From the NCBI GenBank assembly GCA_046045965.1, contig JBJOKS010000025.1:34188-98187 (forward strand): a stretch of DNA of 64,000 nucleotides, given 5' to 3'. The position numbers and the translations under genes were made by a program. Below, in pieces: positions 30,846 through 39,628 of the stretch. The notes below the pieces were generated by a model. It searched no databases. It was given only the letters and a program-made list of their open reading frames with translations, and was not told the DNA's origin. The stretch comes from Cyanobacteriota bacterium. Lineage in GTDB: Bacteria > Cyanobacteriota > Cyanobacteriia > Cyanobacteriales > Nostocaceae. The first letter of the stretch is position 1. The number at the start of each line of letters is the position of its first letter.

Positions 30846-31216
30846 TAGTCACCTGTCAACTTCTCATTTCCTGGAAGCAGTTGCTGGTTGTGGCTTGTGC
30901 TTTCCTGGGTGATGGCAATTGTGGTTAATAAAACTGCACATCCCATAGCCAAAGCTAAGAAAGGACGCTTAAGAAGAAGTAAATCTCTAACCATCCTAGC
31001 TAAAGGTCGGCTTTGACGACGCAAAGCTGAAGAGATAACAATTTGTTTCCAAGTAAACGGATCACGGACGTAGTGACCACTTTTGCAAACTACAAGTTTT
31101 TCCTGACAATATGGACAAGTAAATAAGCCGATATAAGTCTTAACAGGCTTTGTCCTGTTATTTCTTTGGCAAATCGGGCAAGTAACATAATTATTATCAA
31201 AGGTGTGTATATTCAT
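30845..31216 (-). CDS. Small hypothetical protein with Zn-ribbon motifs and a C-terminal TM
   Basis: CPIC, CPYC, CKSGH; hydrophobic PFLALAMGCAVLLTTIAI. Confidence 0.8.
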   Translation of the reverse strand: MNIHTFDNNYVTCPICQRNNRTKPVKTYIGLFTCPYCQEKLVVCKSGHYVRDPFTWKQIVISSALRRQSRPLARMVRDLLLLKRPFLALAMGCAVLLTTIAITQESTSHNQQLLPGNEKLTGD

Positions 31217-31280
31217 CTAGCTCGTCCGCTTAGTCCATTTACTCGCTCTATAACAATAGCTATATTCACTACTTAGAAGT

Positions 31281-31304
31281 ATGGCTTACGCCACGCTCCG
31301 CTAT
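31281..31304 (+). mobile_element. Very small dispersed insertion element (24 nt), copy 2, inserted in an STRR-like agaagt^caggagtt
   Basis: atggcttacgccacgctccgctat; removing it restores the STRR-like sequence. Confidence 0.7.
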
Positions 31305-31465
31305 CAGGAGTTAGAGGAGTTACAGGAATAAGACTGCATTTTTCTCCCCATCACTCCATCACCCCATCACCTATCACGACCACTCACGGTTGTAACTAAG
31401 TAGGGCTTGCTGAAAAAAGATAAAACCTAGATAAATCAAAGGTTTTAGGCTGATAAACAGGAAAG

Positions 31466-31594
31466 TAAGTAAGTAGGCACGAAAAAACCAAGCAAGTACA
31501 AAAATGTAAAATGGCTAAAAACCTCTTCCCTCCTGCCTCCTGCCCCCTGCCTCCTGCCTTGCCCTAACGACAATTTTTAACGCCTACCTACTTA
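31466..31594 (-). mobile_element. MITE-like element, 129 nt, 13-nt TIRs, TA at both ends, internal (CCTGCCT)n
   Basis: Left taagtaagtaggc (31466-31478) versus reverse complement of right end taagtaggtaggc (31582-31594); second partial copy at 14921-15000. Confidence 0.75.
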
Positions 31595-31983
31595 GCAAAT
31601 TGGGTTACTTAGTAGCCTTGGTAATATCGTCAGTAATACACCACACATTTATTTATAGCAACAGACAAGGAGGTTAGGACATTAATTGATGATAAAACCT
31701 AGACACAAACAGAATTTCAATTCTGTCACCTGTTTCCTCCCACCCCTCCCATGATGTAAAAACCTCAAAATATTTGGGATTTTCATGTTGTTACTGGTGG
31801 GCTTTCAAACTTACCACTATTTCTTGTAACACGTGTATAGCCAGATTTGGGTGAAGATACTCTGCCATTTAGCGATTCTCCTCACAAAAATTTTAACCGC
31901 TTGTCTGGTTGTTAAATCATGCCTCACAATGAGAATTAACAAATAAAAAATTAAATTTTTTCTTACATTTACCCCGTCTCTCC

Positions 31984-33888
31984 ATGACTCTCTTGCCTCC
32001 TACTCAACTGAGGAAGGTAACTCAACTAGCTGCCTTTCCCACATCTTCTGCTCCTTTAACTCATCTGATCAATCGTTTTCAGCCCTCCCCAGAAACAGTA
32101 GTGCTGTTTTTGGCTATGCTCATTGGTGGTGGTACGGGTATGGGTGTAGTCACCTTTCATTATTTAATCCAGCTAATTCATGACTTGATGCTGGAAAATT
32201 TCATGGCACAGATAGGAGTCTGGGGTGCTTGGACTTTAGCTTGTGTTCCCACCCTGGGCGGAGTAATTGTAGGCTTAATGCGTTGGCGCACTCAAGATTT
32301 TGGACCTGGACTTTCATCTTTAATTGCTGTCTCTCAGGGTAGAGAAGTTAAGCAGCAACTACGACCTGTTACCAAGATGATAGCTGCTGCTGTTTCTTTG
32401 GGTAGTGGTGCATCTTTGGGTCCAGAGGGTCCTAGTGTGGAAATTGGTACTAATTTTGGGGTGTTGTTGTCGGATGTGTTGCAAGTTTCTCAAGAAAGAC
32501 AGCGGTTGCTTTTGGGTGCTGGTGCGGCGGCTGGTTTAGCAGCTGGGTTTAATGCTCCCATTGCCGGGGTATTTTTTGCTCTAGAGGTAGTGATGGGAGC
32601 TACATCTTTTGCTACTTCTGCTGTAAGTGTGGTGTTACTTGCAGCGGTGGTAGCGGCTTTAATTGCTCAAATTGGTTTGGGTTCTCAGCCAGCTTTTGCT
32701 TTACCTGCTTATCAAGTCCGCAGTCCTTTGGAATTACCCCTTTATATCGGCTTGGGTTTGGGCGCAAGTTTAGTTGCTCTAAGTTATACACAATCCATTC
32801 GTTTAGTTCAAGCGTTCTTTGCGGGACGGTTGAAAAGGTTTGAATTTTTGGGCAAGATTCCTAAATCTCTTCAACCAATTATTGGTGGTGCAGTAGTTGG
32901 TTTGGTGGCCTTGCAGTATCCACAAATTTTGGGTATTGGTTATGGAACTGTACAAGCGATGTTGCAAGATCAGGAGTTTTCCTTGAACTTGTTACTTGTA
33001 CTGATGGTGTTGAAAGTGCTGATGACGGCTGTTAGTTCTGCCAGTGGTTTTGTGGGTGGTTTATTTGCCCCAGCCATGTTTTTAGGTGCATCTTTTGGAT
33101 CTGCTTATGCCAAGGTTTTGGCTTTGATGGTTCCAACAATTGGTGAGTATATGGCTGCTCCTCCAGCCTATGCAATGGTGGGTATGGCTGCTGTTTTGGC
33201 GGGTAGTGTGAGAGCGCCGTTAACAGCTATTTTAATGTTGTTTGAATTAACCCGTGACTATCGGATTGTTTTACCTTTGATGGCGGCGGTGGGTTTAAGT
33301 GTATGGTTGGTAGAACGAATTAAACCAACTGTTAATTCTAATTCCAATCTGCAACAGATTGGTCTTTCGGAATTAAAAGATAAGCAGGTGGAAATTGTGC
33401 AGCAAATTTCTGTGGCAGATGCTATGCACTCCTATCCCAAAAAAATGCCGGCAAATCTTGGGGTTTTGGAGGCAGCTATGGAAATGATCCGCGATCGCTC
33501 ACCCAGTGCTTTAGTAATTGATGCCAATGAACAATTAGTAGGTATTCTTTCTCTGGATGATATTAACCGCACTCTTTCTCTTTGGGAAAAGTACCAAAAT
33601 TCTTCTAGTGAAATACAGGCTAATTTGTTTAGTCAAACACTCATAGACATTTGTACAACTGACATTCTCTATGCTTGGCAGGATGAACCTTTATCTGAAG
33701 CTTTAGACCGCATGGCGCTGCGAGGTTTGCATCAGCTACCTGTGGTAGCAAGAAACAACCCCGACTGCATTTTAGGTTTACTAGAAAAAGAGCAAATCGC
33801 TTTAACTTGCAATTTGGCAACTACGCGCAAGGCATTACAGCAATATTTACCAATCCTACCAACAACAGATATAGTTATTGGTCATTAG
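31984..33888 (+). CDS. ClC-family chloride channel/antiporter with CBS domains
   Basis: GASLGPEGP, AGFNAPIAG, GGLFAP, RAPLTAIL..ELT, C-terminal CBS pair. Confidence 0.95.
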   Translation: MTLLPPTQLRKVTQLAAFPTSSAPLTHLINRFQPSPETVVLFLAMLIGGGTGMGVVTFHYLIQLIHDLMLENFMAQIGVWGAWTLACVPTLGGVIVGLMRWRTQDFGPGLSSLIAVSQGREVKQQLRPVTKMIAAAVSLGSGASLGPEGPSVEIGTNFGVLLSDVLQVSQERQRLLLGAGAAAGLAAGFNAPIAGVFFALEVVMGATSFATSAVSVVLLAAVVAALIAQIGLGSQPAFALPAYQVRSPLELPLYIGLGLGASLVALSYTQSIRLVQAFFAGRLKRFEFLGKIPKSLQPIIGGAVVGLVALQYPQILGIGYGTVQAMLQDQEFSLNLLLVLMVLKVLMTAVSSASGFVGGLFAPAMFLGASFGSAYAKVLALMVPTIGEYMAAPPAYAMVGMAAVLAGSVRAPLTAILMLFELTRDYRIVLPLMAAVGLSVWLVERIKPTVNSNSNLQQIGLSELKDKQVEIVQQISVADAMHSYPKKMPANLGVLEAAMEMIRDRSPSALVIDANEQLVGILSLDDINRTLSLWEKYQNSSSEIQANLFSQTLIDICTTDILYAWQDEPLSEALDRMALRGLHQLPVVARNNPDCILGLLEKEQIALTCNLATTRKALQQYLPILPTTDIVIGH

Positions 33889-33899
33889 TCAAGGGAATA

Positions 33900-34023
33900 G
33901 GGAAGCAGGGGAGGCAGGGGAAGCAGGGGAAGCAGGGGAAGCAGGGGATGTATGGGGAGAAAAATCTGTTGTTTCTCCTGACTCCTAATTCCTAATTCCT
34001 GACTCCTGACTCCTGACTCCTGA
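33900..34023. repeat. (GGGGAAGCA)n 9-mer and (CTCCTGA)n STRR between convergent genes
   Basis: gggaagcaggggaggcaggggaagcaggggaagcaggggaagcagggg; ctcctgactcctaattcctaattcctgactcctgactcctgactcctga. Confidence 0.9.
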
Positions 34024-34045
34024 ATTCTTAACAAATGAATTTTGA

Positions 34046-34462
34046 TTAAGCTGTAGCTTCTACTTCAGCATCATCTTCCCTGTCTTCTGGGTCTACTTGC
34101 CGAAGTCGAATGTGCTTCTTCCCTAAAGTGATGATAAATTCATCTCCAGGTTTAAGATTCATCTGTTTTGTATAAGCTGAACCTATGAGTAAGTTGTTGT
34201 TCGACTGTACGCTAATTCTATAGCTGGCACTGCGTCCACCACGGCCATTGGCACTGGGTGTACTGTCCAACTGAATGCCCTCAGCATCAATTAGAGCATT
34301 TAAGAATTTCATCATATTCACGCGCTCTATACCATTTTTGGTAACAGTATAGTAGCCACACTGTTTAGCTTTATCTTCCTTGCTCTCGCTCTCTAGCTCC
34401 TTAACTTTGTTGAGCAGTTCTTCACCGACAAGGGGGTCAATTTTTTTCTGTTTAGGCATCAA
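34046..34462 (-). CDS. calB: Cyanobacterial AbrB-like regulator, cyAbrB2/CalB type
   Basis: PL.GEELL.KVKEL, CGYYTVTKNG..RVNMMKFLNAL, GRSASYRISVQSN.NLLIGSAYT, PGDEF. Confidence 0.85.
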   Translation of the reverse strand: MMPKQKKIDPLVGEELLNKVKELESESKEDKAKQCGYYTVTKNGIERVNMMKFLNALIDAEGIQLDSTPSANGRGGRSASYRISVQSNNNLLIGSAYTKQMNLKPGDEFIITLGKKHIRLRQVDPEDREDDAEVEATA

Positions 34463-34748
34463 CTTAGGTCGAAATTGAATGTTTGAAGTGGTTGAATCGA
34501 TTTTATTTTAACTGATACTGAGCTAATAGGAAAGGAATCCTTTATTTTTATCTCAGCATAGCCAAGTATATTACACTCATAGGAAGAATTGTTGCACAAT
34601 TACCAAACTTGTCAAGATATTTTCTAAAATAAAATTCTGATAATGCTGATATCTATATATATAGTTTGTGAATTACTGGTAGACTGTATCTGTTTAAGTT
34701 TTTTAAAGTCCCGTAAAAAATGGTTTACTTACCGAAGATGATCCTCAA

Positions 34749-34860
34749 GTCATTAGTTATTAGTCATTAGTCATTAGTCATTAGTCATTAGCAAAAATAT
34801 TCTCCCCCTGCGTCCCTGTTCCCTATTCCCTGCTCCCTATTCCTTGCTCCCTATTCCCTG
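34749..34860. repeat. STRR (GTCATTA)x6 and (TCCCTGC/TCCCTAT)n upstream of the Rrf2 gene
   Basis: gtcattagttattagtcattagtcattagtcattagtcattag; tccctgttccctattccctgctccctattccttgctccctattccctg. Confidence 0.88.
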
Positions 34861-34864
34861 ATAG

Positions 34865-35308
34865 ATGAAACTAACGACTAGAGGACACTATAGTGTTAAG
34901 GCATTGCTGGATTTGAGTTTACAGCCAAAATATGGACCTGCATCTGTACGAGCGATCGCCAAGCGTCAAGATATTCCCGCACCCTATTTGGAAAAGCTGC
35001 TAATAGAAATGCGTCGCGCTGGGTTAGTACACTCAATTCGTGGCAGTATTGGTGGCTATCAATTAGCAAGAGAGCCAGCAAAAATCTCCATAGGACAAAT
35101 TTTAGAAGCGGTTGGAGAAAATATGACTCACATACCTCTCAATAGTCCACCACCTGCACAAGCTGAAGATTGGGTAACATTTACCCTATGGCAAAGACTT
35201 AACCAAAAGTTGAAAGAAGCTTTGTACAGTATTACTCTGGCAGACCTTTATTATGATGCCCGAAGTTGGCAAGCATCTCTAGGGGAAGAAGCAAGTTTTG
35301 TGGTTTAG
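34865..35308 (+). CDS. Rrf2-family transcriptional regulator
   Basis: MKLTTRGHYSV, IA.RQDIP..YLEKLL, RGSIGGYQLA; lacks the three IscR Fe-S cysteines. Confidence 0.92.
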   Translation: MKLTTRGHYSVKALLDLSLQPKYGPASVRAIAKRQDIPAPYLEKLLIEMRRAGLVHSIRGSIGGYQLAREPAKISIGQILEAVGENMTHIPLNSPPPAQAEDWVTFTLWQRLNQKLKEALYSITLADLYYDARSWQASLGEEASFVV

Positions 35309-35318
35309 TTAGTTTAAT

Positions 35319-35445
35319 GGTGACAGGTAACAGGTGACAGGTGACAGGTGACAGGTGACAGTTATTAGTCTCTTTACTAATGACTAATGACTAATGACTA
35401 ATGACTAATGACTAATAACCAATGGCTAATGACTAATGACTAATA
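35319..35445. repeat. STRR (GGTGACA)n and (ACTAATG)n, the latter running into the cbiB start
   Basis: ggtgacaggtaacaggtgacag...; actaatgactaatgactaatg... to 35445. Confidence 0.9.
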
Positions 35446-36398
35446 ATATCTATATATTAATTACTGCTGCTTTGTTAGATTACCTAATTGGTGATCCTTG
35501 GGGTTGGCCTCATCCAGTACAAGTAATGGGGTGGTTCATTTCTGGGATAAGTAAATTTTTTCTGCAACACTGTCAAAGTTCTCAAATACAGCGTCTATCT
35601 GGAATTGTACTCGCGATTATCCTCATCATAGGGAGTGGTTTGTCTGGCTGGTTAATAGTTCAAATTGCCAGATGGTTACATCCATTGTTAGGAATTGCTA
35701 TAGAAAGCATTTTTCTAGCCAGTTGTTTTGCCCTTCATAGTTTGCGAAAGGCTGCTGTAGATGTGATCCAACCTTTAACGACAGGAAAATTAGAGTCAGC
35801 GCGACTGATTTTAAGTAATTATGTGGGTAGGGATACAGAAAATCTTTCAGAACCAGAAATTTTGCGAGCCGTTTTGGAAACGGTGACAGAAAATGCTACT
35901 GATGGGGTAATGGCTCCTCTGTTTTATGCAATTGTGGGTGCATTAATACCAGTTGTCGGACCTGTTCCTTTAGCTCTAGCATATAAAGCTAGTAGTACCT
36001 TAGATTCAATGGTGGGTTATCGAGAAGCACCTTATACTTATATTGGCTGGTTTAGTGCTAAATTAGAAGATTGTTTAACCTGGGTTCCTTGTCGGTTAAC
36101 AGTGATGACTTTGGCGCTATTATCAGGTAAACCTTTAGATGTTTGGCGTATTTGTCGCCGGGATGCTATTCAAGATCCTAGTCCCAATTCTGGTTGGAGC
36201 GAGTGCGCCTATGCTGCTATTTTAGGTGTGCAGATGGGAGGAAAAAACTGGTATGGTGGAGTCGCTAAACATAAACCACTCTTAGGAGAGGCTATTTATC
36301 CTATCACCCCAACTTCAATTGACAAGGCTTTACAATTAACTCGATATTCGTTTTTATTGTGGTTGGGAGTAGGAATGATTTTAATTCATAATTTATAA
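35436..36398 (+). CDS. cbiB: Adenosylcobinamide-phosphate synthase CbiB/CobD
   Basis: LDYLIGDP..PHPV, YVGRDT, ENATDGVMAPLFY, LDSMVGY, DPSPNSGWSE. Confidence 0.95.
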   Translation: MTNNIYILITAALLDYLIGDPWGWPHPVQVMGWFISGISKFFLQHCQSSQIQRLSGIVLAIILIIGSGLSGWLIVQIARWLHPLLGIAIESIFLASCFALHSLRKAAVDVIQPLTTGKLESARLILSNYVGRDTENLSEPEILRAVLETVTENATDGVMAPLFYAIVGALIPVVGPVPLALAYKASSTLDSMVGYREAPYTYIGWFSAKLEDCLTWVPCRLTVMTLALLSGKPLDVWRICRRDAIQDPSPNSGWSECAYAAILGVQMGGKNWYGGVAKHKPLLGEAIYPITPTSIDKALQLTRYSFLLWLGVGMILIHNL

Positions 36399-36511
36399 TT
36401 CATAATTCATAATTCATAATTCATAAAAAAGGGAATAGAGAATAGGGGTTTTTGAATTTTGAATTTTGAATTTATTTCTTCTGAGTTCCCAGTCCCCAGT
36501 CCCCAGTCCCC
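36383..36511. repeat. STRR cluster (AATTCAT)n, (TTTTGAA)n, (CCCCAGT)n
   Basis: Three heptamer arrays between cbiB and pyrR. Confidence 0.85.
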
Positions 36512-36525
36512 ATTTCCTAGTAATT

Positions 36526-37062
36526 ATGTCTACCAAAGTAGTGGAAATTCTCTCATCAGAAGAACTGCGTCGTACCTTGACCCGTATTGCTTCTCAAATT
36601 ATTGAAAGGACGCGGGATTTATCACAATTGGTACTTTTGGGTATTTATACTAGAGGTGTCCCATTAGCCAATTTATTAGCACGTCAAATAGAGACTCTTG
36701 AAGGTATTAGTGTGGCTGTGGGAGCATTAGATATTACATTCTATCGTGATGACTTACACCAAATTGGTTTAAGAACTCCAGCTAAAACTGATATTCCTTT
36801 TGATTTAACGGGTAAAACGGTTGTTTTGGTAGATGATGTCATTTTCAAGGGGAGGACAATTCGTGCTGCTTTAAATGCCGTTAATGAGTATGGTAGGCCA
36901 GAGGTAATTCGTTTAGCTGTTTTGGTAGATAGGGGTCATCGGGAGTTACCTATTCACCCAGATTTTGTGGGTAAAAAACTACCTACTGCTAAGGAAGAAA
37001 TTGTGAAAGTTTACCTACAAGATGACGATGGACGGGATGCGGTGGAGTTAATTAGTAATTGA
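36526..37062 (+). CDS. pyrR: Bifunctional pyrimidine regulator / uracil phosphoribosyltransferase PyrR; start ATG at 36526
   Basis: [47 protein letters not shown]. Confidence 0.95.
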   Translation: MSTKVVEILSSEELRRTLTRIASQIIERTRDLSQLVLLGIYTRGVPLANLLARQIETLEGISVAVGALDITFYRDDLHQIGLRTPAKTDIPFDLTGKTVVLVDDVIFKGRTIRAALNAVNEYGRPEVIRLAVLVDRGHRELPIHPDFVGKKLPTAKEEIVKVYLQDDDGRDAVELISN

Positions 37063-37133
37063 GTGTAATTGGTGATTGGTGATTGGTGATTGGGAATAAT
37101 ATTTATTACCTATTACCTATTAACCATTACCTT

Positions 37134-39029
37134 TTACCTTTTACCAATGTTAACTGTATTGATGGTTTGTAATAATTGAGTTGCTGTAAAAGGTTTACAC
37201 AAGAAGGCTTTGACACCCATATCATAAGCTGCGTTGACTTTATCGCTGGGTGCTAGTCCGCTGACAGCAATAATTTTGACATTAGGATTAATTTTTTTGA
37301 GGGTACGGATGCTGGTTAGTCCATCCATTGATGGCATGACTATATCAGTTAATACTAGGGCTATTTGATCACGATGTTCTACATATACAGCGATCGCTTC
37401 AATGCCATTACAGGCGGTAATGACTTGATAATTATAGCTTTCTAATGAGGTTTTTGTAATGTCACAAATAGCGGCTTCATCATCAACAACTAATATCAAT
37501 TCTCCATTACCTTGAGGTAAAGATATGTCAGATTCTTCGATAATTTCGTTTGTATCTTGTGCTGGTAAATATATTTTAAATTGGCTGCCTTTTTTTTCTT
37601 CGCTATAAACATTGATAAAACCACCATGACTTTTAACAATTCCCAAGACTGTGGAAAGACCTAAACCAGTACCTTGACCAAATTCTTTTGTAGTAAAAAA
37701 TGGTTCAAATATTCGGTCTATAATTGCAGATTTAATACCAATTCCTGTATCAGTTACCGTAATTACTACATAAGGACCGGGTTGAGCATCAATGTGCATT
37801 TGGGCATAATTTTGATCAATTAGGATATTTTCAGAAGTAATTGTTAAAGTCCCACCATTAGACATAGCATCACGGGCGTTGACACATAAATTCATTAACA
37901 CTTGATGTAATTGCGTAGCATCACCAGATACAGTCCAAAGATTTTGGGGAATTTGGGTGTTTACTTGAATAGTTTTGGGAAATGTTTCTTTAATAATTTG
38001 CTGAATTTCTATTATTAAATGTTTTAATTGTAAAACTGTGCGATCGCCATCTATGCCTCTAGCAAAAGATAATACTTGTTTAACTAAATTCGCGCCCCGT
38101 TTAGCATTAGAAATTAATATAGGTATGAGTCTGCGAGATCGTTCATCTTTAATTTGAGTTTCCAAAATTTGTGCTGTCATCAAAATTGGTGCGAGGACAT
38201 TATTTAAGTCGTGAGCGATACCACTAGCTAAAGTACCTATACTTTCTAATCTTTGGGCGCGCAAAAATTGCTGTTCTAGTTGCTTTTTTTTGGTAATATC
38301 TGTGTTGACAACTAAAATAGATTGGGGCTTGTTTCCAAATGCGGATATTAGGGTCCAACGACTTTCAACTATTATTTTTTTACCACATTTGGTAATTTGC
38401 TCTAGTTCTCCTTTCCAAGAACCATTTTTAATGAGTATTTTGAATGCTTCTGATAATTGAGATAATTTTTTTTCTGGACAAAAATGCCGGATTTTTTTGG
38501 TCAAAGCTTCTTCTGTACTCCAACCATAAAGACGTTCAGCGGCTTTGTTCCAAAATAAAATTTTATCATCTAAATCACCGACAAAAATAGCATCGGTAGC
38601 GACATCAAGTAAGGCTGCTTGTTGACGAATTTTTTGTTCTGTTTGTTTGCGCTCAATGGCATAGCGAATTGATCGTTCTAATAAAGGTGCAGTTAATTGA
38701 CTTTTTTCCAAATAATCTACTGCTCCGGTTTTCATGGCTTCTATATCTATTTCTCTATCGCCTTGACCAGTGAGTAAAATAAAGGGACAATTACAACCGT
38801 TTTCAATAGCTTCGCGCAACAATTCTAAACCATTATCGGCTCCTAAACGGTAATCTATTAGATAAATATCATGTTGGTGTCGAGCGATAAATTCTCTAGC
38901 TAATTGATAATTTTCTACCCATTCTAATTCACAACCAGTTACCTGAAATTCCTTAAACCAATCACGAGTTAAAATATAATCATCTTCATCATCATCAACT
39001 AACAAAACTTTAATGATTCTATCATTCAT
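37134..39029 (-). CDS. Hybrid histidine kinase REC-PAS-HisKA-HATPase-REC
   Basis: VLLVDDDEDD, PAS WNKAAERLYGW, GIAHDLNN, NLCVNARDAM, GTGLGL, ILVVDDE. Confidence 0.92.
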   Translation of the reverse strand: MNDRIIKVLLVDDDEDDYILTRDWFKEFQVTGCELEWVENYQLAREFIARHQHDIYLIDYRLGADNGLELLREAIENGCNCPFILLTGQGDREIDIEAMKTGAVDYLEKSQLTAPLLERSIRYAIERKQTEQKIRQQAALLDVATDAIFVGDLDDKILFWNKAAERLYGWSTEEALTKKIRHFCPEKKLSQLSEAFKILIKNGSWKGELEQITKCGKKIIVESRWTLISAFGNKPQSILVVNTDITKKKQLEQQFLRAQRLESIGTLASGIAHDLNNVLAPILMTAQILETQIKDERSRRLIPILISNAKRGANLVKQVLSFARGIDGDRTVLQLKHLIIEIQQIIKETFPKTIQVNTQIPQNLWTVSGDATQLHQVLMNLCVNARDAMSNGGTLTITSENILIDQNYAQMHIDAQPGPYVVITVTDTGIGIKSAIIDRIFEPFFTTKEFGQGTGLGLSTVLGIVKSHGGFINVYSEEKKGSQFKIYLPAQDTNEIIEESDISLPQGNGELILVVDDEAAICDITKTSLESYNYQVITACNGIEAIAVYVEHRDQIALVLTDIVMPSMDGLTSIRTLKKINPNVKIIAVSGLAPSDKVNAAYDMGVKAFLCKPFTATQLLQTINTVNIGKR

Positions 39030-39045
39030 GATTGCCTCTTACTGC

Positions 39046-39513
39046 TTATATGGGCAGTTCTACGATTTCAAACCAGTATTTTCCTATAGTTTTCATGACC
39101 TCTACTAAGGATGTGAAATTTCCTGGTTTAATAATAAAAGAATTAGCTCCGAAGTTGTATGTATTATATATATCTTCTTCGGCGCTAGATCCTGTCAGCA
39201 CTATCACAGGAATTTGCCGGAGTTGAGGGTGAGTTTTAATTTCTTTTAGTACCTCAAGTCCGGGTTTTTTAGGCATATTTAAATCTAATAAAATTAAAGC
39301 GGGACGGGGTGCTTTACTAACATCAGTATATAACCCACGATGGGATAAATAATCCATTAATTCCTCACCATCCTTGACAGTATATAATTGGATGGGCAAT
39401 TGGCTTTCTAGCAAGGCATCATGAACTAATAGGCTATCATCATCGTCGTCATCAGCCATTAAGATGGTAACAGTTGGTTGCCGATCCTTCACTCTCAATT
39501 TTCTCCTTTTCAC
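39046..39513 (-). CDS. Single-domain response regulator, Rcp1-like (phytochrome-associated type); start may be GTG at ~39492
   Basis: ILMADDD, LLDLNMPKK, IPVIVLT, GANSFIIKP, YWFEIVELP. Confidence 0.9.
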   Translation of the reverse strand: MKRRKLRVKDRQPTVTILMADDDDDDSLLVHDALLESQLPIQLYTVKDGEELMDYLSHRGLYTDVSKAPRPALILLDLNMPKKPGLEVLKEIKTHPQLRQIPVIVLTGSSAEEDIYNTYNFGANSFIIKPGNFTSLVEVMKTIGKYWFEIVELPI

Positions 39514-39628
39514 TAGTTACTTGTATTAATTAGGTATTTAATTATGCAATTGCCATCAACTGCCATCCACATTTGTATAATTAACCTCATTTTAGGGTGT
39601 ATTAGTAATCCCTCTCTAGGAAGAAAAA

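Noticed and set aside
33807..33995. 62-aa ORF with GKQGKQ repeats
   Set aside because: Translation of a 9-mer intergenic repeat overlapping the ClC gene end
36466..36525. N-terminal extension of PyrR ([15 protein letters not shown])
   Set aside because: It is translated STRR sequence; the real start is ATG 36526
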